A stretch of DNA of 64,000 nucleotides from Bacteroidales bacterium. GTDB taxonomy: Bacteria > Bacteroidota > Bacteroidia > Bacteroidales > WCHB1-69. The DNA lies in contig JAFXTE010000035.1 of the NCBI GenBank assembly GCA_017525245.1, positions 2,497 to 66,496 of the forward strand, read 5' to 3'. The notes under the pieces are model-generated. The model had not been told where the DNA came from. It did not search any database and saw nothing but the letters and a program-made list of their open reading frames with translations. Shown in pieces: positions 26,538 through 33,534 of this stretch (its first letter is position 1; each line of letters starts with the position of its first letter). The position numbers were made by a program, and so were the translations under genes.

Positions 26538-26700
26538 CATGTCCAACACCCTTTCCAAATCCCGCTACACCGCATTCTACCAGAATGAAAGAAATGCCAC
26601 CCGATGAATATAAGAGAGCCCGGGAATCCCTGCTGAAATTCTGCGACTGGACACTTGGGTGATGGTGAAGATTTGGGAGAAGTTGGTGGTGATGAGTTAG
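26538..26700 (+). pseudogene. Remnant of a DUF2779-like gene (N-terminal about 15 codons fused to frameshifted C-terminal about 30 codons)
   Basis: MSNTLSKSRYTAFYQ... then a stop. Other frames read ...LLKFCDWTLG and MVKIWEKLV, resembling the N- and C-termini I recall for DUF2779 proteins. Confidence 0.4.
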
Positions 26701-26726
26701 AAAGTAACGAATAGCAACAATTTATA

Positions 26727-26759
26727 ACGGAGAAAACCGAAAATCCGGAAAAGAGTAGG
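26727..26759 (+). repeat. 33-nt leader motif, copy D
   Basis: acggagaaaaccgaaaatccggaaaagagtagg, 23 nt before the ATG at 26783. Confidence 0.85.
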
Positions 26760-26782
26760 TTAAATGGTTTAATTTCAAGGAT

Positions 26783-27703
26783 ATGGTAATAAAGAATGTA
26801 GATGTCAGTGATGATTTGGTTAAAAAGGTGGAAAAATGTATTGATTTTATTAAGGGAACCATAGAAAGTGGGACTTCAGGAAAGAGTGGGACATCAGGAT
26901 TCCATTATCCTAATCCCATAATTAAAGTGAATTCCAAAATAACACCTGATATACCTTATTTGCTTCTGCATAGAGATGTGCAGGTTAATGTGAGTTTTCA
27001 AAATGTTTCATGGTTTATCCATTCAGTGCCTATCTATCTGAAAAATAAAATAGAATCCAAAGAATTAGGACTCTATGTCACGGGGGAATATGATGTCAAG
27101 TATATTCTACTTGATGTGGAAAAAATCGATAAAGAAGTATCATCTGACCATGAACGGTTCAAAATGTTACTAACAACGGTGCTCATACATGAACTGATGC
27201 ATGCTGTTTTGGATCTGTCCAACCATAAAGATTATTATAATAATTCCAGTACGAAGAACCAGTCTAGTTCCTGCCCTTTTGCTCTTGTACATAAACACAT
27301 GGACCGCCTGGAACTTAATAAGGATTATAAAGACTGGCGTGAGGAAGCGTATGCCAATGCCCTGACACTACATCTTATTGAAATGTCTGGCAAAAAGAAA
27401 TTAATCGAATATGCGAGAAATTTTATGATTAATCAAGATGAACAATATGCAGTGGGAGCAAGTTTGTCAAAAATCTCATGTATTTATGAACAAACTGATG
27501 ATTATCTTAAAGAAAAAAATCTAAAGGAGAATAATCTGACCAAGGTCTATGATATCGATAAATGGAATAAATTGCGGAGAGACTGGGTGAGTTGTGTCAA
27601 GCATATAAAGAACAATATAGAAAACAAAGTAGATCTAATGTCTCAGCTAGAACAATTGGAAAATCAAATTCGAGCATTTGTTAGATCTCAACATAAAAGA
27701 TAG
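26783..27703 (+). CDS. Zincin-like protein (HExxH plus downstream Glu)
   Basis: LIHELMHAVLD, with EEAYANAL about 55 residues later. C-terminal coiled-coil-like tail. No specific family recognised. Confidence 0.6.
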   Translation: MVIKNVDVSDDLVKKVEKCIDFIKGTIESGTSGKSGTSGFHYPNPIIKVNSKITPDIPYLLLHRDVQVNVSFQNVSWFIHSVPIYLKNKIESKELGLYVTGEYDVKYILLDVEKIDKEVSSDHERFKMLLTTVLIHELMHAVLDLSNHKDYYNNSSTKNQSSSCPFALVHKHMDRLELNKDYKDWREEAYANALTLHLIEMSGKKKLIEYARNFMINQDEQYAVGASLSKISCIYEQTDDYLKEKNLKENNLTKVYDIDKWNKLRRDWVSCVKHIKNNIENKVDLMSQLEQLENQIRAFVRSQHKR

Positions 27704-27792
27704 GTCTCATTACATTTGCTCATAATGAGATACGCGCTTCCAGCACGAGATCGTGGGAAAAACTATATTGCCGTTAAACGAAAGGGTATCTA

Positions 27793-27825
27793 ATGGTCTA
27801 AGCCGAAAATCAACATAAAAGTAGG
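27793..27825 (+). repeat. 33-nt leader motif, copy E (degenerate, no ORF behind it)
   Basis: atggtctaagccgaaaatcaacataaaagtagg, followed by a hairpin at 27850-27883 instead of a gene. Confidence 0.6.
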
Positions 27826-27849
27826 TGTATAATACATACAAGATAGCGA

Positions 27850-27883
27850 ACAAGGTTCTGCCAACAAATTGGCGGAACCTTGT
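27850..27883 (+). terminator. Hairpin acaaggttctgcc-N8-ggcggaaccttgt
   Basis: 13-nt arms (12 Watson-Crick pairs with one central mismatch), then tgctttc. Confidence 0.4.
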
Positions 27884-28213
27884 TGCTTTCAGTGTGTTAC
27901 AAGTGAAAAGATATCAACGTGATTTGCAAATTAAATGTATACGAATTAAGTTTCCGATGCGCTGTTGATAAATTGTTGATAACTTTTTTGTTTTTTTACA
28001 TTAAATTTTCCGCACACCACGAATATAAGAATAGATACCCATTAAATATAAAACAACCACTTTTATCGGGTACGCGTTCTTTGACATATTGATTGAGAAT
28101 AATATCGGGTAATGGTGTTGTGAACATTCCTCATTGCGCCGCAAGGGCACATAACCAATCACAATTCACAAATTTAAAAAATTATCTTAATTTTCATCAA
28201 AAACTTTAAAATC

Positions 28214-28948
28214 ATGCAAAAAACAGCTTTTACAAATCAAGTCTTAAACGACATTCATGAATTTCTGAACCAGAACACCAAAGTGTTCGCCAACGAACGC
28301 GATTTACAGATAAATCTGGCGGCTTATCTGAAATGCATCAGACAATATGATATCGAAGTGGAGTGCCACGTGTCGTCAGATATCCTGTCAAGTCTTGTCC
28401 CGCAACTCCCGTCGGAGCGATGCACTTATTACCCCTGGCTCCAAACCAACAGTGACAAACCACAGGAGATGTACGTGGATATTGTGGTGAGCAATGGAGA
28501 GGAATATGTGCCAATCGAACTAAAGTATAAAAAGAAGGAACTGAAAGGTGATGTGGTATTGTTCGGGCAGAACATGGGCGCAGGCGTCATCCTGAAGGGT
28601 GATGGTGCGCACGACTTCGGACGGTATGGTTTTTGGAGAGATGTGCGCAGAGTGGAGCTTCTCGTCAAGTCGTTCGTGAATGTCAAAAACGGCATCGTCC
28701 TTTTTGTTACCAATGACGAATCTTATAAGACGGCTTCCGTGGCGGGCACCAACAGCGAGCATTTCGCCATGGGCGACGGCACCGAAACGTATCACAAGGG
28801 CACGAACTGCTGCTGGCCGTTCAACCCGCTAGATACGGAGTCATACAAATCCTGCCCTTGCTTCAAGCTGGAGGACGAACACGATGTGAATTGGAACAAA
28901 CACACCTTCAGCGGGGTTGACTTCCATATCGCGGAGGTGATCGTGTAG
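28214..28948 (+). CDS. PD-(D/E)xK-like protein, paralogue P3
   Basis: YVDIVVSNGEEYVPIELKYK, GRYGFWRDVRRVELL and GIVLFVTNDESY blocks. Clear paralogue of 25748..26515. Confidence 0.65.
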   Translation: MQKTAFTNQVLNDIHEFLNQNTKVFANERDLQINLAAYLKCIRQYDIEVECHVSSDILSSLVPQLPSERCTYYPWLQTNSDKPQEMYVDIVVSNGEEYVPIELKYKKKELKGDVVLFGQNMGAGVILKGDGAHDFGRYGFWRDVRRVELLVKSFVNVKNGIVLFVTNDESYKTASVAGTNSEHFAMGDGTETYHKGTNCCWPFNPLDTESYKSCPCFKLEDEHDVNWNKHTFSGVDFHIAEVIV

Positions 28949-28965
28949 TAGTTTTTTCAACTGTA

Positions 28966-28998
28966 ACGGAGGAAGCCGAAAATCCGGAAAAGAGTAAG
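28966..28998 (+). repeat. 33-nt leader motif, copy F
   Basis: acggaggaagccgaaaatccggaaaagagtaag, 21 nt before the ATG at 29020. Confidence 0.85.
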
Positions 28999-29019
28999 TG
29001 GGAAAAAAACTTATTGAAA

Positions 29020-29331
29020 ATGCATATTGTTAAAATCAATCAAGGACGAGCTGATCTGTGCGATAGTAAGTTTGGCAGCTTCATTCGCACACTGGCCTCT
29101 AGAGGCGTAATTGATGCTGACATAAATGATGACGGAATCGTACTCATCACATTCGATGACGGTAGTGTAAGAATAATGAGGGAGGACAAATCTTTTATCC
29201 GAACAATACGCTCTATGAGCAATAGTCAAGCTGTGTCTGCAAGATGGAGTGGCGATGATATTGCCCTGCGTCTGGCAAATGGAAGAACGGAATTGCGAAG
29301 AGTGGGAGGAGGGTTTATCCGTAGATTCTAA
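29020..29331 (+). CDS. Hypothetical small protein (103 aa), cassette F gene 1
   Basis: The track ORF starts at TTG 29014; the first ATG is at 29020 (MHIVKINQG...). Confidence 0.5.
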   Translation: MHIVKINQGRADLCDSKFGSFIRTLASRGVIDADINDDGIVLITFDDGSVRIMREDKSFIRTIRSMSNSQAVSARWSGDDIALRLANGRTELRRVGGGFIRRF

Positions 29332-29400
29332 TCGACTTTAAATCCATTTACTCACCAGATAATAAATTCAAATAACAAATTCATTATATCACACAAAATT

Positions 29401-29724
29401 ATGGCACTCGTACATAAATATGTTCATTCTCAGGAACAGACAGAACCACAACAGTCTAAAGAAAAAACATTACCATCAGGGACAACGCAAATCGAAATCT
29501 TCTCCCATATGACAATAGCGTCAAGTTTTCTACGGGAATGGGTGAAAAATCCTAAAACAATTTATGATCTTGAACAAGAAGTCAATGATTTTCTTGTAGA
29601 AAACGAAGGCAAGATTGCCGTTAAGGATATTAAATACACCACCCAGTGTATGACAAATAAGCAGAATGAAACTAATCCTGATACAATACTTTGGACTGTA
29701 ATGATTATTTACGAAACGAAGTGA
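29401..29724 (+). CDS. Hypothetical small protein (107 aa), cassette F gene 2
   Basis: ORF; no family recognised. Confidence 0.5.
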   Translation: MALVHKYVHSQEQTEPQQSKEKTLPSGTTQIEIFSHMTIASSFLREWVKNPKTIYDLEQEVNDFLVENEGKIAVKDIKYTTQCMTNKQNETNPDTILWTVMIIYETK

Positions 29725-29726
29725 AT

Positions 29727-29756
29727 TGTAGAGACGCGCCAACGGTGCGTCTCTAC
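29727..29756. repeat. REP-like hairpin GTAGAGACG..CGTCTCTAC
   Basis: tgtagagacgcgccaacggtgcgtctctaca abuts repeat R3. Confidence 0.75.
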
Positions 29757-29840
29757 ACGCCGTCATCTTCTTCCTGCTGCCGTTCTTCGTGGCGGGGGTG
29801 GCGGTTGTGGTGGGGAAATGGTGATGGAACCCCTGACGGA
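29757..29840 (+). repeat. Gene-3'-end repeat R3 (distal half)
   Basis: acgccgtcatcttcttcctgctgccgttcttcgtggcgggggtggcggttgtggtggggaaatggtgatgga is identical to R1 over this stretch. It then continues acccctgacgg as in R4. Confidence 0.85.
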
Positions 29841-29978
29841 GGTTCAACGGGTGCGACGGAAAGCGCCCGCCATCATACCCGTAAGGGATACATATCCGCG
29901 GCAACGATTCCAGCGAATGAACCCGCCTTTACCCCCATTAGGGGTTGTATGTTTGATGAAATTTCGGAAATCGCCTAC

Positions 29979-31103
29979 TTACTTCTCAAAGAGGGCATCC
30001 GCGGTGATTATGTCTTGAAATTCAACAGAATAAGAATTCTGCTTTACTTCATTGGCCGAAATGAGGATGAGATGGATGGACTTGTCTGTCCCCGTCGCGA
30101 TTCTGAAACTGTTCCGACGGTTTTGGACTTTCTGTTCTTCCTCGGATGTCATCTCGTAGGGCTGCTTGGTGTATTTCATCTCACAAATGTCTATAATACC
30201 GTCATTGCGGTCGATGAGCAGATCAATTTGCGCACCTTTTCTTTCGAAAGTGGCGGGTTGATACCACGAGCAGACCCTGCTTATGGTGCCGAAGATACTG
30301 AGGGCTTTCTTGATTTGAGTGACGTGCAGAAGACAAACACGCTCAAAAGCGAGCCCGCACCAGTTGTAGTATAAGGGCGAACCTGTCTGACGAGACCAAA
30401 AGCACTCATCGCCGCCGCTGTTCTGCTGGATAAACCGATAATAGAACAACGTGTAAGAGTCTATCAGTTGGAAAACGGCAAATTTGGATTTAAGACCAAG
30501 GTTGTTGTATTTGCGAATAAAACCGCAGGCTTCGAGGTCTTGCAACATCTCCGAAAGACGCCCGTTATCCTGGAGATGAGCTTCCGATATGAGCTCTTCT
30601 CGGGTCATCCCGATTCGTTTATGGCCAAGCGTCTGTACAATGGTAATATAAGGGTCGGGGTTTTTGAAGAGTGACGCATACAACTCGTCAAATTCATCAT
30701 ACAGGCCGCCGTCGGGATTGAAGAAAAGGTTGTCGATGTTTTGAGAGAGGCTCAGACCGCGTTCTAATTTCGACCAGTAGAACGGAATACCACCCATAAC
30801 CATATAGCACTCCATAAGCTGCCTGCGATTCATGCCAAGTTTGCGGTGGATAGCATACTGCTCGCATTCGTGGAGGGTGAACGGCTGAAGATGAATCTTG
30901 GTGTTGACGCGGTTGTGGAGGCCTCCTTTGTTTTTGAGGATTTTCTTGATAATCCAAGATGTGGCACTGCCGCAAACGATAAGGACAACGTCCTTACGTG
31001 CCGATGCCCAACCATTCCAAAAGTTTTCGAGAGCGGGGACGAATCCGGAACGCTGAGTGTCCAGCCATGGAAGCTCATCTATAAATCCATTTCTCTTCCT
31101 ATG
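29979..31103 (-). pseudogene. 5'-truncated DUF234-type ATPase (paralogue of 24060..25508, lacking the Walker A region)
   Basis: Homology to the intact copy starts at KRNGFIDELPWLDT (compare KRKVVFFDEMPWIDT). About 115 N-terminal residues are missing. The upstream part of track ORF 29979..31382 reads through unrelated repeat sequence, and the nearest ATG is out of frame. Confidence 0.65.
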
Positions 31104-31151
31104 AACATACCGGATAAATTTTACTGAGCGCAAAAGTAGGAAAAATATTCT

Positions 31152-31198
31152 TATACTCAGCGGAAAGTGTTGAATTTTTATAGATTCCGCTGAGTATA
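31152..31198. repeat. Perfect 14-bp inverted repeat TATACTCAGCGGAA / TTCCGCTGAGTATA (19-nt spacer)
   Basis: Arms at 31152-31165 and 31185-31198, upstream of the truncated ATPase. Confidence 0.8.
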
Positions 31199-31245
31199 GG
31201 TGTTTTTTTCTTGATGGTTTTGATTTGTAACAGCTCGTAGGAGGC

Positions 31246-31445
31246 ATCCTCGGCTTCACCCACTGGGCGTTGGGCGTTCCCCCGAAACTCTTCTGGACCA
31301 AATCGCGGGTGCAACTCTTCGACAACCGCGTGGGTGACGCCCTATAGGAGACGCGCCATGGCACGTCTCTACACGCCGTCATCCTCTTCCTGCTGCCGTT
31401 CTTCGTGGCGGGGGTGGCATACGTGGTGGGGAAATGGTGATGGAA
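31246..31445 (+). repeat. Gene-3'-end repeat R4 (longest extra copy, interrupted by a REP hairpin at 31343-31372)
   Basis: atcctcggcttcacccactgggcgttgggcgttcccccgaaactcttctggaccaaatcgcgggtgcaactcttcgacaaccgcgtgggtgacgccc [REP] acgccgtcatcctcttcctgctgccgttcttcgtggcgggggtggcatacgtggtggggaaatggtgatgga. Confidence 0.85.
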
Positions 31446-31571
31446 CCCCTGACGGGGTTCTGCGGAACATCGTGGGGGACCGCACCTACAGACATGGAAC
31501 CCCTAACGGGGTTCATGGGAATGACGGAACGAACCTCGTTATCTCCGTAAGGAAATGCATATCCGTAGAAG

Positions 31572-31973
31572 CTATTTCATCGCAATATATTGCCGTATCT
31601 TTTCGACAAGCTGACGTGCCGGTTCTATTCGGGAAACAACGTCATCCTCAGACACATCGTAAGAGCAGTTGTAATCGGCACTTTCTCTCATTGATTGTAA
31701 TTGGGAATAGAAACGACCTTCTTCTACCGTAAACAATTGTGTCTTGACATAATATTGCTGAAATCTAATAGCAGCCCCTTTGTGTGTCCCTACTTCATGC
31801 CCGTCGCTGATTAACAATGCGCTTACCGCATGAAAAAGCGCATAATAAAGACGATTGGCCATGGTGCTCCAAAAGCCTGCCTGTCTCAAAATTTCCTGCT
31901 CCGCAAGAATGCTTTCAGCTTTTTCAAGTTCCAAATTGACGACAATCCGTCTGTCCTCGTCACTAAGATTCAT
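31572..31973 (-). CDS. hepT: HEPN-domain protein (toxin half of a HEPN-MNT pair)
   Basis: Track ORF trimmed to the ATG at 31973 (MNLSDEDRRIVV...). ANRLYYALFHAVSALL and MRESADY blocks. Overlaps the MNT gene by 11 nt. Confidence 0.7.
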   Translation of the reverse strand: MNLSDEDRRIVVNLELEKAESILAEQEILRQAGFWSTMANRLYYALFHAVSALLISDGHEVGTHKGAAIRFQQYYVKTQLFTVEEGRFYSQLQSMRESADYNCSYDVSEDDVVSRIEPARQLVEKIRQYIAMK

Positions 31974-32286
31974 ATAGTAATTGCTTGTCTTGTTCAACGT
32001 TATAGAAAAAAAGGGCATGAGGGCCGCCATACCACTCATCCTTCGTATAGGTGTGTACACTGAAGTACTGCCAAAGGTCAAATCCGCGTTCCATGATAGG
32101 GTATGCGTATTTGTCGAAATCATCAGCACCTTTCTTGGGTTTGTCAAGCAGTAGCAACAAGTCCCAATCGCTGTCTTGACGATGGTCTCCGCGCGCACGT
32201 GAGCCGTAAAGATACAGAGCACTTCCTTTGGGCAGCACATCTTTCGCCACCTGTTTGATACTTTCCAAAATGTTTGTTTCAGTCAT
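31963..32286 (-). CDS. mntA: Minimal nucleotidyltransferase (MNT antitoxin half)
   Basis: LYLYGSRARGDHRQDSDWDLLLL (GS..D.D NTase motif). Start trimmed to the ATG at 32286. Confidence 0.8.
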   Translation of the reverse strand: MTETNILESIKQVAKDVLPKGSALYLYGSRARGDHRQDSDWDLLLLLDKPKKGADDFDKYAYPIMERGFDLWQYFSVHTYTKDEWYGGPHALFFYNVEQDKQLLYES

Positions 32287-32437
32287 TTCGAAATTCTTTT
32301 CACGCTGCAAAAATACAATAAAATCCAATACTACATCACCGCAATAAAATCCATAACTCCCGAATCAAGCTCCCATAGCGTCCAAATCGTGACTTACTGA
32401 GCGTGCAGGATGCATACATTCCGTCTCTTCTGTGACC

Positions 32438-32525
32438 GTTCCCCCGAAACTCTTCCGGCCCCAATAGCGCGTGCAACTCTTCGACAACCGCGTGGGGAAC
32501 GCCCTCGGCTACGCCATCATCGCGA
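32438..32525 (+). repeat. Gene-3'-end repeat R5 (most diverged copy, adjacent to the tcdA promoter)
   Basis: gttcccccgaaactcttccggccccaatagcgcgtgcaactcttcgacaaccgcgtggggaacgccctcggctacgccatcatcgcg. Confidence 0.75.
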
Positions 32526-32639
32526 TTATCGAAAATTATGTTATTTTTGCGCGGCGATTGCAGGCCGGTCATGTTCAACGGACTCCGCATGGCGGCGCTG
32601 CGGCCATTGTTCGGCAAACAGAGGAGTCCGCGAAATCGC

Positions 32640-33440
32640 ATGGGCATAGAAAACGCCATATTCAACCGCATGACCCTGCTCGTCGGGGAGACAGCGATGG
32701 AACGCATCGCCAACCAACGAGTCATCGTCTTCGGCGTGGGCGGTGTCGGGAGCTGGTGCGCCGAGAGTTTGGTGCGCAACGGCATCCGCCACCTCACCAT
32801 CGTCGATAGCGACCGCGTGTGCGTCACCAACGTCAACCGGCAGCTTCAGGCCACCACCAAGACGGTGGGACAGGTCAAGGTCGAAACACTCAAGGAACGG
32901 CTGCTCGACATCAACCCGCAGGCGGAAATCAACGCCATCCAGGAAATCTACTCCGCCGAGAACACCGCGCAATTCCATCTGGAAACCTACGACTACATCA
33001 TCGACGCCATCGACAGCTTGGAGCACAAGGCACGGCTGATCCTGCACGCCACCGAATGTCCGGGCAAGTTCTACTCCGCCATGGGCGCCGCCCTCAAGAT
33101 GGACCCCACCAAGGTGTCGGTGACCGAATTCTGGAAAGTGCAGGGATGCCCGCTGGCGCGCGCCCTGCGCAAACGGTTCAAACGGATAGGCGAGTACCCG
33201 CGCAAAAAGTTCCCATGCGTCTATTCACCCGAAGTGCTGCCCAACAAAGGCACCGTGACGACCTGCGGCACCAGCGCCTGCCTCTGTCCGAAAGCCATCA
33301 TCGCGGCAGGCAACCCTGACCTCATCAACCACGAATGGTGCTCCTCCAAAGCACAAATCAACGGCACCACCTCCCACATCACCGCCATCTTCGGCTTCTC
33401 ACTCGCCGGATTGGTGATGCAGGATATCTGTGCGGAATGA
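32640..33440 (+). CDS. tcdA: tRNA threonylcarbamoyladenosine dehydratase (ThiF/E1-like)
   Basis: VIVFGVGGVGSWCAESLVRNGIRHLTIVDSDRVCVTNVNRQ Rossmann/E1 motif. Start trimmed to the ATG at 32640. Confidence 0.85.
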   Translation: MGIENAIFNRMTLLVGETAMERIANQRVIVFGVGGVGSWCAESLVRNGIRHLTIVDSDRVCVTNVNRQLQATTKTVGQVKVETLKERLLDINPQAEINAIQEIYSAENTAQFHLETYDYIIDAIDSLEHKARLILHATECPGKFYSAMGAALKMDPTKVSVTEFWKVQGCPLARALRKRFKRIGEYPRKKFPCVYSPEVLPNKGTVTTCGTSACLCPKAIIAAGNPDLINHEWCSSKAQINGTTSHITAIFGFSLAGLVMQDICAE

Positions 33441-33450
33441 TGATTTTATG

Positions 33451-33534
33451 GTAGGGGCGTATCGAATACGCCCTACATTAGGGACATTTCAAATACGCCC
33501 TATATTAGGAACGTATCGAACACGCCCTACATTA
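33451..33534 (+). repeat. Three tandem units around ATACGCCCTA(C/T)ATTA; the first forms a hairpin
   Basis: gtaggggcgtatcgaatacgccctacattagg / gacatttcaaatacgccctatattagg / aacgtatcgaacacgccctacatta. Confidence 0.7.

Noticed and set aside
29691-30374. 227-aa plus-strand ORF
   Set aside because: It reads through the REP hairpin and repeat R3, then antisense to the truncated ATPase.
31103-31382. N-terminal 93 codons of track ORF 29979..31382
   Set aside because: No similarity to the intact ATPase paralogue. They translate the antisense of repeat R4 and promoter-like DNA. Treated as read-through upstream of a truncated gene.
14400-32600. Integrase, transposase or recombinase that could explain the junction repeats
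   Set aside because: Every ORF above 60 aa in the island was inspected. None shows tyrosine or serine recombinase or DDE motifs. The mobilising enzyme, if any, must lie outside the window or be lost.
32336-33047. 166-aa and 168-aa minus-strand ORFs and overlapping plus-strand frames
   Set aside because: They overlap repeat R5 and tcdA. tcdA has clear E1-like motifs and the others have none.
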